Shown: piece after piece, positions 11,292-24,554 of the stretch | How the letters are laid out: the number at the start of each line of letters is the position of its first letter | Position numbering within the stretch: position 1 is the first letter of the stretch | Assembly: GCA_951406725.2 (NCBI GenBank) | Contig: OX597815.1 | Coordinates: forward strand, 205,530,001-205,594,000 | DNA length: 64,000 bases | Direction of reading: 5' to 3' | Source of the DNA: Octopus vulgaris | Lineage: Eukaryota | The notes under the pieces: generated by a model | The model's input: only the letters and a program-made list of their open reading frames with translations | Database searches by the model: none | What the model was told of the DNA's origin: nothing | Made by a program: the position numbers and the translations under genes

Positions 11292-11520
11292 GGAGTAAAC
11301 ACATAAATGTGAAACAAGGTGGATAAAAGAGTACTCAAATACCAGTGGTAGAGTAATATGCTTTATTTAAAGCAGCAGAAAATTCAACAAAACCTGTTAC
11401 TCTGAGTTTCAAGTTGCCGTTCATCGGACAGTTTTTGCTAGAAAAAACTGTCCGATGAACGGCAACGGGAAACTCAGAGTAACAGGTTTTGTTGAATTTT
11501 CTGCTGCTTTAAATAAAGTA
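11290..11520. mobile_element. Penelope-like terminal repeat remnant forming a ~78-bp-arm inverted repeat with a hammerhead-like motif
   Basis: Arms ~11360-11436 and ~11443-11520 are reverse complements. Motif CTGT-CCGATGA-ACGGCAACGG-GAA-ACTCAGAGTA-ACAG. Flanked by (TA)n on both sides. Confidence 0.7.
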
Positions 11521-11537
11521 TATATATATATATATAT

Positions 11538-11569
<32 letters not shown>

Positions 11570-11846
11570 TGCATGTATAATTAATAATTAATAAATAATT
11601 TGTTTATTATTGATAATTTTTGGCAAATTTTTGAAGAAATGCCAGCATTATTTTTATTTGCTGCTGACAAAAAACTGTACTTGCGCGGTGGATTTGAAAA
11701 ATTATAACATATAATCACGAGGCAGATGCTGTATTGCCTCGTATTTATATGTTAATCTCAGTTATTACATCTGATCAACTTTTTTTTAAATCAGTTGTAC
11801 TTAAAGCTGTCTTGTGGTCTCTATTCATGTAATTTATCTTTTCTAG

Positions 11847-12015
11847 ATGAAGCCGAGTCAGGGAAGAGTGAAAGTGAACTATCCTCTCGCAAAAAGGCTA
11901 TGGCAATATCTGAACAGGAGAAAATATGGCGAAGAGATGCTTATGATTATGAGATGAGGTTCTGTGGACACTGTAATACAACCACTGATATTAAAGAAGC
12001 TAATTTTTTCGGAAG
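11847..12015 (+). CDS. WDTC1: WDTC1 internal exon
   Basis: ctag|AT...GGAAG|gtaag, phase-compatible with the previous exon. Encodes YDYEMRFCGHCNTTTDIKEANFFG. Confidence 0.95.
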
Positions 12016-12259
12016 GTAAGTTGTATAAAATCTTAGAAATGGGCATAGAGTATTGTCTGTAGCTTTTGCAGGCCTTCCTAGTGGAGGTTGCAGAAAAGCC
12101 AAAAGTTGTTATTGTTGTAGTGGTTTACCTTTCAGGAGAGAATTTTTTAATTCTATTCACTCTGTGTGTGCATTTCAAAAGCCATTCACTGATGCTCCAA
12201 CCTTCTGCCTACAGGTGTGCTGTCTCTTATATTCTGCTTTTCTACCACTACAGTAATTG

Positions 12260-13008
12260 TCGGCACGTAAAATCACCCACTACACTCTCGGAGTGGTTGG
12301 TGTTAGGAAGGGCATCCAGCTGTAGAAACTCTGCTCGATCAGATTGAAGTCTGGTGCAGCCACCTGGTTCACCATACCTCAGTCAAATCATCCAACCGAT
12401 GCTAGCATCGAAAGCGGGCGTTAAACGATGATGATGACCTCTACTCAGGCATTCCTGTCTTTGCCTCTCTTCACCTCATTGCCTTGCTGTTTCCACCCCC
12501 ACCTCCAAGTCCTGCACTAATCACTATGTCCAGTTTGTCCTAACCAGAACATCAGCCCCCTAGAATTCCTTCCTTGCTCATGTCTTCCTCACAGGTGTTG
12601 AATTTCAGAGGTTCAAGAATACTGACATCAATCTCACAGGTCTAACGAGGCTTGTGAAGGCCATGAGCATTGCCCCTTCCTCCAGACCCAGAAAGTATAA
12701 AAGAAAATCAAATAGTTACATATATCAAGGTTTTAATCTGCCACTCATAAAAAATTCTCTATTCTGCGTATATAACAGTAGCTTAACATATTTTTTAGGA
12801 GCAGTATTTTAACTGTAAATTATTTTTCTGGTACATAAAAAGCACCCACTACACTCATGGAGTGGTTGGTGTTAGGAAGGACATCCAGCTGTAGAAACAT
12901 TGCCAGATCAGACTGGGCCTGGTGCAGCCTTCTGGCTTCCCAGACCCCAGTTGAACCGTCTAACCCATGCTAGCATGGAAAGCGGACGCTAAACGATGAT
13001 GATGATGA
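12260..13008 (+). mobile_element. Two RTE-LINE 3'-end fragments (~12260-12436, ~12830-13008)
   Basis: GCACCCACTACACTC..GGAGTGGTTGG..AGGAAGGGCATCCAGCTGTAG..(GAT)n tail. Confidence 0.8.
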
Positions 13009-13569
13009 TACTAATATCTCTCCAGATCTTTAGTTTGCATACAAATTCCCACACCATTATCTTACTTTGAATAAAACTTTTCTTGGAAGTACTGTGATAA
13101 CCTCCAAATTTCCAAACCTTTTAATTTTAAATTGCCTTTTAACGCAGTGAAGTCTGTCCTTTGCTATTTAGGATAGTAAATTTAATGACTGTATTTATCT
13201 TTGTGGGTAGATTTGGTAGACAAAGACCAAAAGGAGCTCACTCTGTGTGTGTGTGTGTACCCTTGTCTAGATACTAGAAGATGGCTGGAAATGAATGTCA
13301 TCATAAAAGTGAGGTTCTATAAAAAAAAAACGTGTTGCTATGGAAAGATATTACCATGCTTGGAAACAAGTGAGTGTTAGCAACAGGAAGGTCATCAATC
13401 TGTAGAAAATCTGCCTCAACACAATACGTTTGATTTGTGCAAGCATAGTAAAGTGGACATCAAATTATGATGATGATGATATTCAATATCAACTATGGCA
13501 GTGTTGATATTGAATTATAGCAATTATATTTGTATATTATCACATGTTTATATATTCTCACTGTGATTA

Positions 13570-13840
13570 GTTGCCAGCATCGCCTGGCCTCTCTGCCGGT
13601 GGCACGTAAAAAGCACCATCCGATCGTGGCCGTTTGCCAGCCTCGTCTGGCACCTGTGCCGGTTGCACATAAAAAGCACCCTCTACACTCATGGAGTGGT
13701 TGGCGTTAGGAAGGGCATCCAGCCGGAGAAACATTGCCAGATCAGACTGGGCCTGGTGCAGCCTTCTGGCTTCCCAGACCCCAGTTGAACCGTCCAACCC
13801 ATGCCAGCATGGAGAACGGACGCTAAATGATGATGATGAT
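13570..13840 (+). mobile_element. RTE-LINE 3'-end fragment with ~62-bp internal repeats
   Basis: Same family as above, with a (GAT)n tail. Confidence 0.85.
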
Positions 13841-13883
13841 TTATTTGGTATTAGAACTGTAAACAATTAATTTTCTTTTCCAG

Positions 13884-14076
13884 TAATGGTCAATACATTG
13901 TTGCTGGATCCGACGATGGTTCATTTTTTATTTGGGAGAAAAGTACAACCAACATCGTACGGGTGCTACATGGAGATGAGTCAATTGTTAACTGTTTACA
14001 GCCACACCCTACTTACTGCCTTTTGGCCACCAGTGGTATAGACCCTGTGGTACGTCTCTGGAGTCCAAGAGCTGAG
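13884..14076 (+). CDS. WDTC1: WDTC1 internal exon (WD40 repeats)
   Basis: ccag|T...GCTGAG|gtaagt. Encodes SNGQYIVAGSDDGSFFIWEK...GDESIVNCLQPHP...LATSGIDPVVRLWSP. Confidence 0.96.
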
Positions 14077-14929
14077 GTAAGTAACACTCTTTACCAGCAA
14101 AAATTGGCTATTATAACTGTGTGCGGACAGGATGGTGCTGGATACACTTTTGCCAATGGACAAGAAGCCGAACAGACATGAACGGACACAATAATAAAAA
14201 AATTAAAGTATTCCTACCTACATAGTTTACTGACCATTTTAGTCTGTCAAAAATAGTCATATTATAGGAATAAAATGTTTATCATATATTTTGATTTTCG
14301 TATGTCTTTTTGGCATCTTATCTGTTCAGCATCTTGTCCGTTCGGTATCCCATCCATGTAGCGTTATAAATTATCCTTGATTAAGATGAAAAGAACGAAA
14401 TTTATTTGTTGGTTTTAGTCATTGGACTGCGACTGTGATGGGGCATCATCATGGCTGAAATCCATTAAACCAATAAAATTCTGCTTTAAATGGATCATAC
14501 TGGCCCCAATGCTTGTTTAAGTGTGGTACTTTATTTCACTGATGTACATTTTATTCAGTAGCTAAGTTACTTTTTTGATAGTAGCCCAGGTTTTCAACTG
14601 GTGGTATTATGTCAGACACATAAGCAGATTCTCTCTCTCTCTCTCTCTCTTACACACATACATTTTTTGTAGAAAGAACCATAAGAGCTAAGAGACAAGT
14701 TGGGAAAGACTTGAGGAAATGTGAGTAGCAGAGAAAATATGAACTGGCCAGAAAAGAAGTTAGCTGTAATGCATATTTACCAGAGAGAGATGCAGAAAGA
14801 AAGCAGTTTGCTTGTGTTCTGTGATCTGAGGATCAGAGGCCATAAGTGTTTTGGATTGCTGGGTGGTGTATTAGAGAGAATTAAGGTGTAGTTGGAAAGG
14901 TGTTTGTGTAGAATGATGACACATGTCGC

Positions 14930-15410
14930 TTATTTATTTCTTTATTGCCCACAGGGGGCTAAACAGAGAGGGGACAAACAAGGACAGACAAAGGGATTAA
15001 GTCGATTACATTGACCCCAGTGCATAAGGGGTACTTATTTAATCGAGGTGAACTGGCAGAAACGTTAGCATGCCGGGCGAAATGCGTAGCCGTATTTCGT
15101 CTGTCACTACGTTCTGAGTTCAAATTCTGCCGAGGTCGACTTTGCCTTTCATCCCTTCGGGGTCGATAAAATAAGTACCAGTTACGCACTGGGGTCGATG
15201 TAATCGGCTTAATCCGTTTGTCTGTCCTTGTTTGTCCTCTCTGTGATTAGCCCCTTGTGGCTAGTAAAGAAATAGGTACTTATTTAATCGACCCTGAAAG
15301 GATGAAAGGCAAAGTCGACCTCGGCGGAATTTGAACTCAGAACGTAACGGCAGACAAAATACTGCTAAGCGTTTCGCCCGGCGTGCTAACGTTTCTGCCA
15401 GCTTGCTGCC
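14930..15410. mobile_element. SINE family B (+) copy nested in a (-) copy of the same family
   Basis: 17-bp direct repeat GGTACTTATTTAATCGA at 15030-15046 and 15275-15291 flanks the inner copy. Confidence 0.85.
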
Positions 15411-15565
15411 TTCACACACATCTTTTATTGACTCTGAAAAGAAAGAGATGCGGTCTACAAGAAGCTGTTGAGTGTGAAGAGTGCATGAGTGAGTGAATGA
15501 GTAAGAGTGTGTTTGTGTGTGTGTGTATGCATGCATGCACACACATGTGAGCATGTGCATGCATA

Positions 15566-15978
15566 CTCTTTACTCTTTTACTTGTTTCAGTCATTTGACT
15601 GCGGCCATGCTGGAGCACCGCCTTTAATCGAGCAACTCGACCCCAGGACTTATTCTTTTGTAAGCCCAGTACTTATTCTATCGGTCTCTTTTGCCGAACC
15701 GCTAAGTGATGGGGACATAAACACACCAGCATCGGTTGTCAAGCAATGCTAGGGGGACAAACATAGACACACAAATACACACACACACATACATATACAT
15801 ATATATATATACATATATATGACAGGCTTCTTTCAGTTTCCGTCTACCAAATCCACTCACAAGGCTTTGGTCAGCCTGAGGCTATAGCAGAAGACACTTG
15901 CCCAAGGTGCCACGCAGTGGGACTGAACCCGGAACCATGTGGTTGGTAAACAAGCTACTTACCACACAGCCACTCCTA
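15566..15978 (-). mobile_element. SINE family A
   Basis: Reverse complement of family A. Confidence 0.92.
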
Positions 15979-16281
15979 CATGCGTGCTTTACTCAGAAGG
16001 ACTAGCCATTCATGTTGACAGCAGTACAGTAAATGGAGTGATTAAAGGATATGAAGTCGTTAAAGCAGCAAGTTTATGAATAATAGTTGTTGAGATAAAT
16101 GAAGTAGAGCACAGACTCTCCGGGAGAGTCAATCAGGTGATACAGGAAGATGTCATACACAATCACTGCCAAAGTAGTATTATTAGAAACTACTACAAAG
16201 GCCAGTGACGTGCACTAAAGAAAGGCTACTACAGAAGTATCAAGTTGTTGAACCAGGTTTTGAAAATTTCAGAAAGAGTTA

Positions 16282-16694
16282 GGCGCAGGAGTGGCTGTGT
16301 GGTAAGTAGCTTGCTAACCAACCACATGGTTCCGGGTTCAGTCCCACTGCGTAGCATCTTGGGCAAGTGTCTTCTACTATAGCCCCGGGCCGACCAATGC
16401 CTTGTGAGTGGATTTGGTAGACGGAAACTGAAAGAAGCCTGTCGTATATATGTATATATATATATATGTATGTGTGTGTGTATATGTTTGTGTGTCTGTG
16501 TTTGTCCCCCTAGCATTGCTTGACAACCGATGCTGGTGTGTTTACGTCCCCGTCACCTAGCGGTTCAGCAAAAGAGACCGATAGAATAAGTACTGGGCTT
16601 ACAAAGAATAAGTCCTGGGGTCGATTTGATCGACTAAAGGCAGTGCTCCAGCATGGCCGCAGTCAAATGACTGAAACAAGTAAAAGAGTAAAGA
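16282..16694 (+). mobile_element. SINE family A
   Basis: Full-length copy. Confidence 0.92.
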
Positions 16695-16699
16695 GTTAT

Positions 16700-17935
16700 T
16701 GCAAAATTCATTACAGACATTAGTCTGAATGAAATGCAATTTGGTTTTCTGCCTGGAAGAACTTCTGTTGATGACATGTTCTCATGCTGGAGAAGCAATT
16801 AACTAGAAGTATTCTCCTATACTTAGCCTTTATTGGCCTGGAAAAGGCCTTTGATAGGATCCTTTGCCCTGCGATTTGGCGGTTGCTTAGAGGTAGAGGG
16901 TTTGTGAGGGTTTTACTAGCCATGTATGGAAGTACAATCAGCAAGGTGAGAATCAGAAATTGATTAATTCAATAGTAAATTTGGCTTGCAGGTAAGAGTC
17001 CATGAAAGCATAGCTCTTAACCTCCTCCTGTCTGTCATATTCCTCTAAGTCGTAACAGACAAGTTTTAAGACTAGCAGTTCATAACTCCTGTATGCCAAT
17101 GACTTAGTTTTTGTAGAAAAATCTGTAGAAGATTTGGATAAGGAATTCGAGACATGAGAGCAAAGTATGGAATTGAAAGACTTTAAAGTAAACTTAGGAA
17201 AGACAAAAATGTTTGTAAATGGAAACAAAAGACAACCAGAACTCAGCTACTGTCAAGAAAATATTTGTGCTTAGTGTGCAGAATGTGCAGAAAAGATTTA
17301 GTAGGAATCTGTGCAGTGTACTCAATGTAAAGAATGTTTGCACAAGAGGTGTAGTAGAAATATAGGCGAATGAATGGAGAACTTTGTATGCAGCAGATAT
17401 ACTGGGGAAATAAGCATGTTAAGTATGCAAATGTCCAGATCTCTTTGAAGTAGTTAAAAATTTCTGTTACCTGGGTGACTTAATTTGTAGTAGAGTTGAG
17501 CGTTTCAAAAGTACAGTAGCCAGAAAACATTCAGGGAACTATTAGCTCTGCTGGTTACAAAGGGTTTCTAAAGACAGATTGTATGATGCTTGGGTATGAA
17601 GTGTGATGTTGCACGAGAAAAGACATGGGTCCTGAATGCAGAGGATTTCGAAAGACGAGAAAAATAAAGTGAGCTTGTTCTGCTGGTTGTGTAATGTTGG
17701 TGTGCATAAATGATGGAGTACAAATGAGCTGAGAGAAAAACTGGAAAAAGAAAGAGGTGCCATGTGATGCACAAGCATTGATAGGGATATGTGGTGTATA
17801 AGAAGGATGACAACTGTATAAGAGAAGTACAGAGCACTGAAAGGTGATAGAAGAGGGTGACCTAGGGAGACATGAGATGAAGCAATGATTGGGTAACACA
17901 CAGTGCTGCAGAAGAAGACTTACTAACATAGTGAA
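16700..17935 (+). mobile_element. Highly decayed RTE-clade LINE RT fragment
   Basis: Residual motifs (AFIGLEKAFDR, LLYANDLV, FCYLGD), similar to the less decayed copy at 20330-21180. Confidence 0.7.
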
Positions 17936-17963
17936 ACATGTTCAAATGAAGATGGGGCCAGGC

Positions 17964-19335
<1,372 letters not shown>

Positions 19336-19337
<2 letters not shown>

Positions 19338-19748
19338 CGCAGGAGTGGCTGTGTGGTAAGTAGCTTGCTAACCAACCACATGGTTCTGGGTTCAGTCCCA
19401 CTGCGTGGCATCTTGGGCAAGTGTCTTCTGCTATAGCCCCGGGCCGACCAATGCCTTGTGAGTGGATTTGGTAGACGGAAACTGAAAGAAGCCTGTCGTA
19501 TATATGTATATATATATATGTATGTGTGTGTGTTTGTGTGTCTGTGTTTGTTTCCCTAGCATTGCTTGATAACCGATGCTGGTGTGTTTACGTCCCCGTC
19601 ACTTAGCGGTTCGGCAAAAAGAGACCGATAGAATAAGTACTGGTCTTACAAAAAGAATAAGTCCCGGGGTCGAGTTGCTCGACTAAAGGCGGTGCTCCAG
19701 CATGGCCGCAGTCAAATGACTGAAACAAGTAAAAGAGTGAAATAAGAG
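19336..19748 (+). mobile_element. SINE family A
   Basis: Full-length copy. Confidence 0.92.
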
Positions 19749-19760
19749 TATATATATATA

Positions 19761-21180
19761 TCATCATCATCATCGTTTAACGTCCGCTTTCCATGCTAGC
19801 ATGGGTTGGACGATTGACTGAGGGCTGGTGAACCAGATGGCTGCACCAGGCTTCAATCTTGATCTGGCAGAGTTTCTACAGCTGGATGCCCTTCCTAATG
19901 CGTGTAGTGGGTGCTTTTTACATGCCACTGGTACACGGCCAGTCAGACAGTACTGGCAACGTCCTCGCTCGAATCTTTTACATATGCCACCGGTACAGGT
20001 GCCAGTAAGGCGATGCTGGTAACGATCACGCTTGAATGGTGTCTTTTACGTGCCACCGGCACGGAGGCCAGATAGCCGCTCCAGCAATGATCACGCTCGG
20101 ATGGTGCTCTTAATACCTTACTAGCACAGGGCTCGAGTGCCAGTAAGGCGATGCTGGTAACAATCACACTCGAATGGTGCCTTTTTATGTGCCACTGGCA
20201 CGGAAGTCAGTTAGCCGCTCTGTCAATGATCACATTCGTATGGTGCTCTTTGCACCCTGCTAGCACGGACGCCAGTCATCGAATTTGATTTTGATTTTGA
20301 TTTTGATTTCACTTGCCTCAACAGGTCTTCGCAAGCAGAGTTTTAGTGTCCAAAGAAGGAAAAGGTACGCATAAGTGGGCTGGTTACGCCCCTGGCATAG
20401 GCCACGAGATTATAGTCTCATTTGGCTTGCCGGGTCTTCTCACGCACGGCATATTTCCAAAAGTCCCGGTCACTAGTCATTTCCTTGGTGAGGCCTAAAG
20501 TTCGAAGGTCGTGCTTCACCACTTCATCCCAGGTCTTCCTGGGTCTACCTCCTTCACAGGTTCCCTCAACCGCTAGGTTGAGTGAACCTGTGAACCTGCA
20601 CTTTTTCACACAATTGTCCTCATCCATTCTTGCCACATGACCATACCAGCACAGTCGTCTCTCTTGCACACCACAACTGATGCTTCTTAAGTACAACATT
20701 TCTCTCAAGGTACTTTACACTATGTCGAATATGCACATTGACATTACACATCCATCGATCATACTGGCTTCATTCCTTGCGAGCTTACGCATCTCCTCAG
20801 CAGTCACGACCCATGTTTCATTGCTATGTCGCATGGCTGTTCGTACAAATGTGTCATACAGTTTACCTTTTACTCCGAGTGAGAGGCTCTTTGTCACCAG
20901 CAGAGGTAAGAGCTCTCTGAACTTTGCCCAGGCTATTCTTATTCTAGCAGCTACACTTTCAGCGCACCCTCCTCCGCTACTGACTTGGTCACCTAGGTAA
21001 CGGAAGCTATCAACTACTTCTAGTTTTCCTCCCTGGAATGTGGCGGAAGTTGTTCTCTGCGCATTTTCAGTGTTTATTGCTCCCGAGCATCTGCCACATA
21101 CAAAAACTATCTTCCTAGTTAGCCTTCCTTTGACATTATTGCACCTCTTATGTGTCCATAGCTTGCACTGGGTATACCTT
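19761..21180 (-). mobile_element. RTE-clade LINE 3' portion (ORF end, repeat-containing 3'UTR, (GAT)n tail)
   Basis: RRLCWYGHVARMDE..GRPRKTWDEVV and KGKLYDTFVRTAM..ETW, continuous with the ubiquitous 3'-end sequence. Confidence 0.9.
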
Positions 21181-21262
21181 ATATATATATATATATATGT
21201 AAGTTAGGAGAGAGAGAGAGAGAGACTTTATAATCTGTTAGACTATAAGTGAAATCAGTGTG

Positions 21263-21302
<40 letters not shown>

Positions 21303-21526
21303 TGGAGTTTGTTGTATATCTATAGTATGGATGTGCTGATGTTTGTTTTACATATGTATGCATGTGGTAATGGTGTGTTTCATATGGATGAATGTGTGTG
21401 CTGTATGTTCCTTTTCTGTTGTGCATTTCAACAGTAATATAAGCAAAGTGTTAAAGAAAAACTCCGATGTTTGTTAGTGGAGACAGTGACAGCACATGTT
21501 GTTGGATTTTGTCATCTAGATTTTCT

Positions 21527-21770
21527 TTACGTAAAAAGCACCATCCGATCGTGGTCGTTTGCCAGCCCCGTCTGGCACCTGTGCCAGTGGCACGTAAAAA
21601 GAACCCACTACACTCACGGAGTGGTTGGCGTTAGGAAAGGCATCCAGCTGTAGAAACATTGCCAGATCAGAGTGGGCCTGGTGCAGCCTACTGGCTTCCC
21701 AGACCCCAGTTGAACCGTCCAACCCATGCCAGCATGGAAAGCAGACGCTAAACGACGATGATGATGATGA
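21527..21770 (+). mobile_element. RTE-LINE 3'-end fragment
   Basis: Family match with (GAT)n tail. Confidence 0.85.
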
Positions 21771-22844
21771 TATATATATATATATATGAACATTTTGCCC
21801 TTTTTGAACTTGCTAAGTCTGTTTCTGCTGCCCTTCTTGTCTATTTAATACCTTCTCATCTCTCTACTGTCTACTCCCCTACTTCATGGCACCATACCAT
21901 CTGTATAATGAAGAAATACATTAGAACTATCTAAACTCAATCCCCACCCTACAGTCACTCTTCCTCCTATCACAGTGTGTGACTAACAAAGGTGTGCATT
22001 GGATCCGTTCACTATCTCCCTCTCCATACTCTCTTTTTTCTCACTCTCACTCCTGTTCTACCACCACTCTCTCTTCTATTCTGTTGATCATGCTGCCCTG
22101 AACAAACAGACAATGTAGAGCAGTAAAGATCTATTGACTTGTGCAGTACAAGGCAACCTCACTAGTGCTGGTGCTGTGATAAAATGCATCCAGTACTCTC
22201 TATATAAAGTGGTTGGCAAGAGAGGAGAGAAAACAGAGTCAGGTGGACTCTTTAATCTTGTCTTGTTGAGGCCATAACAGTCTCTCTTCTATTTTGCTAT
22301 GATAAAATGCACCCAGTGTACCCTATAAAGTGCTTGTATCAAGAAGGACCTCTAGCTGGAGAATCCATGCAAAAATAAAACATATGATTGAGATATGGTC
22401 TCTCGAATATAAGTAGAAGGATGGTAATTGACAGAAGGAATTAGAACTAACATGGACTAACAACTGTCCAACCTATGCCAAAAAGGAAGGCAGATGTAAA
22501 ACAATGAGGATATTTATATATGCACTAAACTTCTGGAGTTTCTGTCGACCAGTCATTTATCTATAGGAGCATATATTTGTGCTGTGTTAGAATGAACCAC
22601 ACATCCACAGAACTCATGAAACTATATTTTTTATTGTAAATTACCCTTTATGTAATTTATTACATTATCATCATTTAATGTTCACTTTTTCTATGCTTTC
22701 ATGCGTCAGGCAGAATTTGTTGGGGCAGATTTTCTTTTTGCCATAATTAAAATGTTTTACATACCTTCTAAGACACCATTTTATTACACACATGTGAGTG
22801 AGAACACTTTGAGATATTTTTGGTATCTAACATATGTCAGATAC

Positions 22845-23345
22845 TGCGAGCGCTGCTTCTGATTGGTCAATCCATGGTGATGACCCGAGGTCACGGTGAC
22901 AGCGCTGCTTCTGATTGGTCAACTGCGAGCGCTGCTTCTGATTGGTCAATCCATGGTGATGACCCGAGGTCACGGTGACAGCGCTGCTTCTGATTGGTCA
23001 ATCCATGGTGATGACCCGAGGTCACGGTGACAGCGCTGCTTCTGATTGGTCAATCCATGGTGATGACCCGAGGTCACGGTGACAGCGCTGCTTCTGATTG
23101 GTCAATCCATGGTGATGACCCGAGGTCACGGTGACAGCGCTGCTTCTGATTGGTCAATCCATGGTGATGACCCGAGGTCACGGTGACAGCACTGCTTCTG
23201 ATTGGTCAATCCATGGTGATGACCCGAGGTCACGGTGACAGCGCTGCTTCTGATTGGTCAATCCATGGTGATGACCCGAGGTCACGGTGACAGCGCTGCT
23301 TCTGATTGGTCAATCCATGGTGATGACCCGACGTCACGGTGACGG
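22845..23345 (+). repeat. 52-bp minisatellite, 9 full units plus 1 partial
   Basis: CAGCGCTGCTTCTGATTGGTCAATCCATGGTGATGACCCGAGGTCACGGTGA with period 52 (22961, 23013, 23065 and onward). Confidence 0.97.
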
Positions 23346-23439
23346 CACTACTTTTGTCATTCATAAGTTACAACTAAACGTGAAGAATTTAGTTATTGGG
23401 TTCATAAAATATGGTCGTTTATTCGTGTGTAATAAATAA

Positions 23440-23529
23440 AATACCAAACTTATTCCCTATGGATACCGTATTTATTACAAGCCACGAGTTGTAATAAATA
23501 CGGTATCCATAGGGAATGAGTTTGGTATT
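23440..23529. repeat. Near-perfect palindrome, 41-bp arms with 8-bp spacer
   Basis: AATACCAAACTTATTCCCTATGGATACCGTATTTATTACAA-GCCACGAG-TTGTAATAAATACGGTATCCATAGGGAATGAGTTTGGTATT, one mismatch. Confidence 0.95.
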
Positions 23530-24554
23530 CTCTATATACTACTCTACTGCTATCATATGAAATGGAATGCTTAAACAGTTGTACAGAAGTTACTATTGTG
23601 AGAGGCTGATATGACCTTGGTTATATATTAATAGCCAAACATACTATTAACATGTGAAATTTAGTAGTAGGACGGCTACAAGTTGTTTGGTGAAAAATAA
23701 TACATTTATTAGAATATAACAGAAGGCAACTGCAAAGTATTCATCAATTGAAATAATGTAACTGGAAATCTACTGAGAAGAAATGCCATTCAATTTCAAT
23801 TGATAAGCACTTTGTGTCTTCTGGTATATTCTAATACATGTATAATTTTCTTCATCTTCCTCTCTCAAATATTCTCTATTTAGTGGGAGTTTTTTTTCCC
23901 TTTTCCTCTCCCTGTTCTTCTGCCCTGCAAGTTACTCAGCAACCTCTCTAGGGCTGGTAGCATGGAAAAAGCACCCAGTATACCCTGTGAAGTAGTTGAC
24001 ATTAGGAAGGGCATCCAGCTATAGAAACCATGCTAAAGCTGACTTTGTAGACCAATGTAAGCCCTGCAGCTCACAAAATCCTTTTAAACTGTTCACTCCA
24101 TGCCAACATAGAAAGTGGACCATTAAATGGTGATGCTGATGGTAAGACAGTGAGCTGGCAGAATTGCTAGTACATCAGATAAAATGCTTAGTGGCATTTT
24201 CCCCAGCCCTTAAACATTCTGAGCTCAAATCCTGCAAAGATTGATTTCACCTTTCATCCTTTCAAGGTCAAGAAATAAGTACTAGTTGAGCACCGAGGTC
24301 AATGTAAATGACTTACCCCTTCCCCTAAAATTACTGGCCTTATACTTGGTGGTATTGGTAGAGTGCAACTGCATACTGCCATATAATATGAACTGTTTCA
24401 AAAATCTGTTTTTAAAGCATAAAAATCTGAAGATTTATGATGGTCCAACTGAAAAAAAATATGCATAAAATTAATTTTTCTTTCTCTTATTCTCCAAATT
24501 TAGAAGAGATTCTAAAGATATTCACTCAGGCATATAAATATTTTACTGCAAGTA

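Noticed and set aside
22845-23345. CRISPR-like array
   Set aside because: Head-to-tail identical units with no variable spacers, in a eukaryotic intron.
23440-23529. pre-miRNA
   Set aside because: The stem is almost perfect and shares its motif with adjacent element ends. It cannot be supported without small-RNA data.
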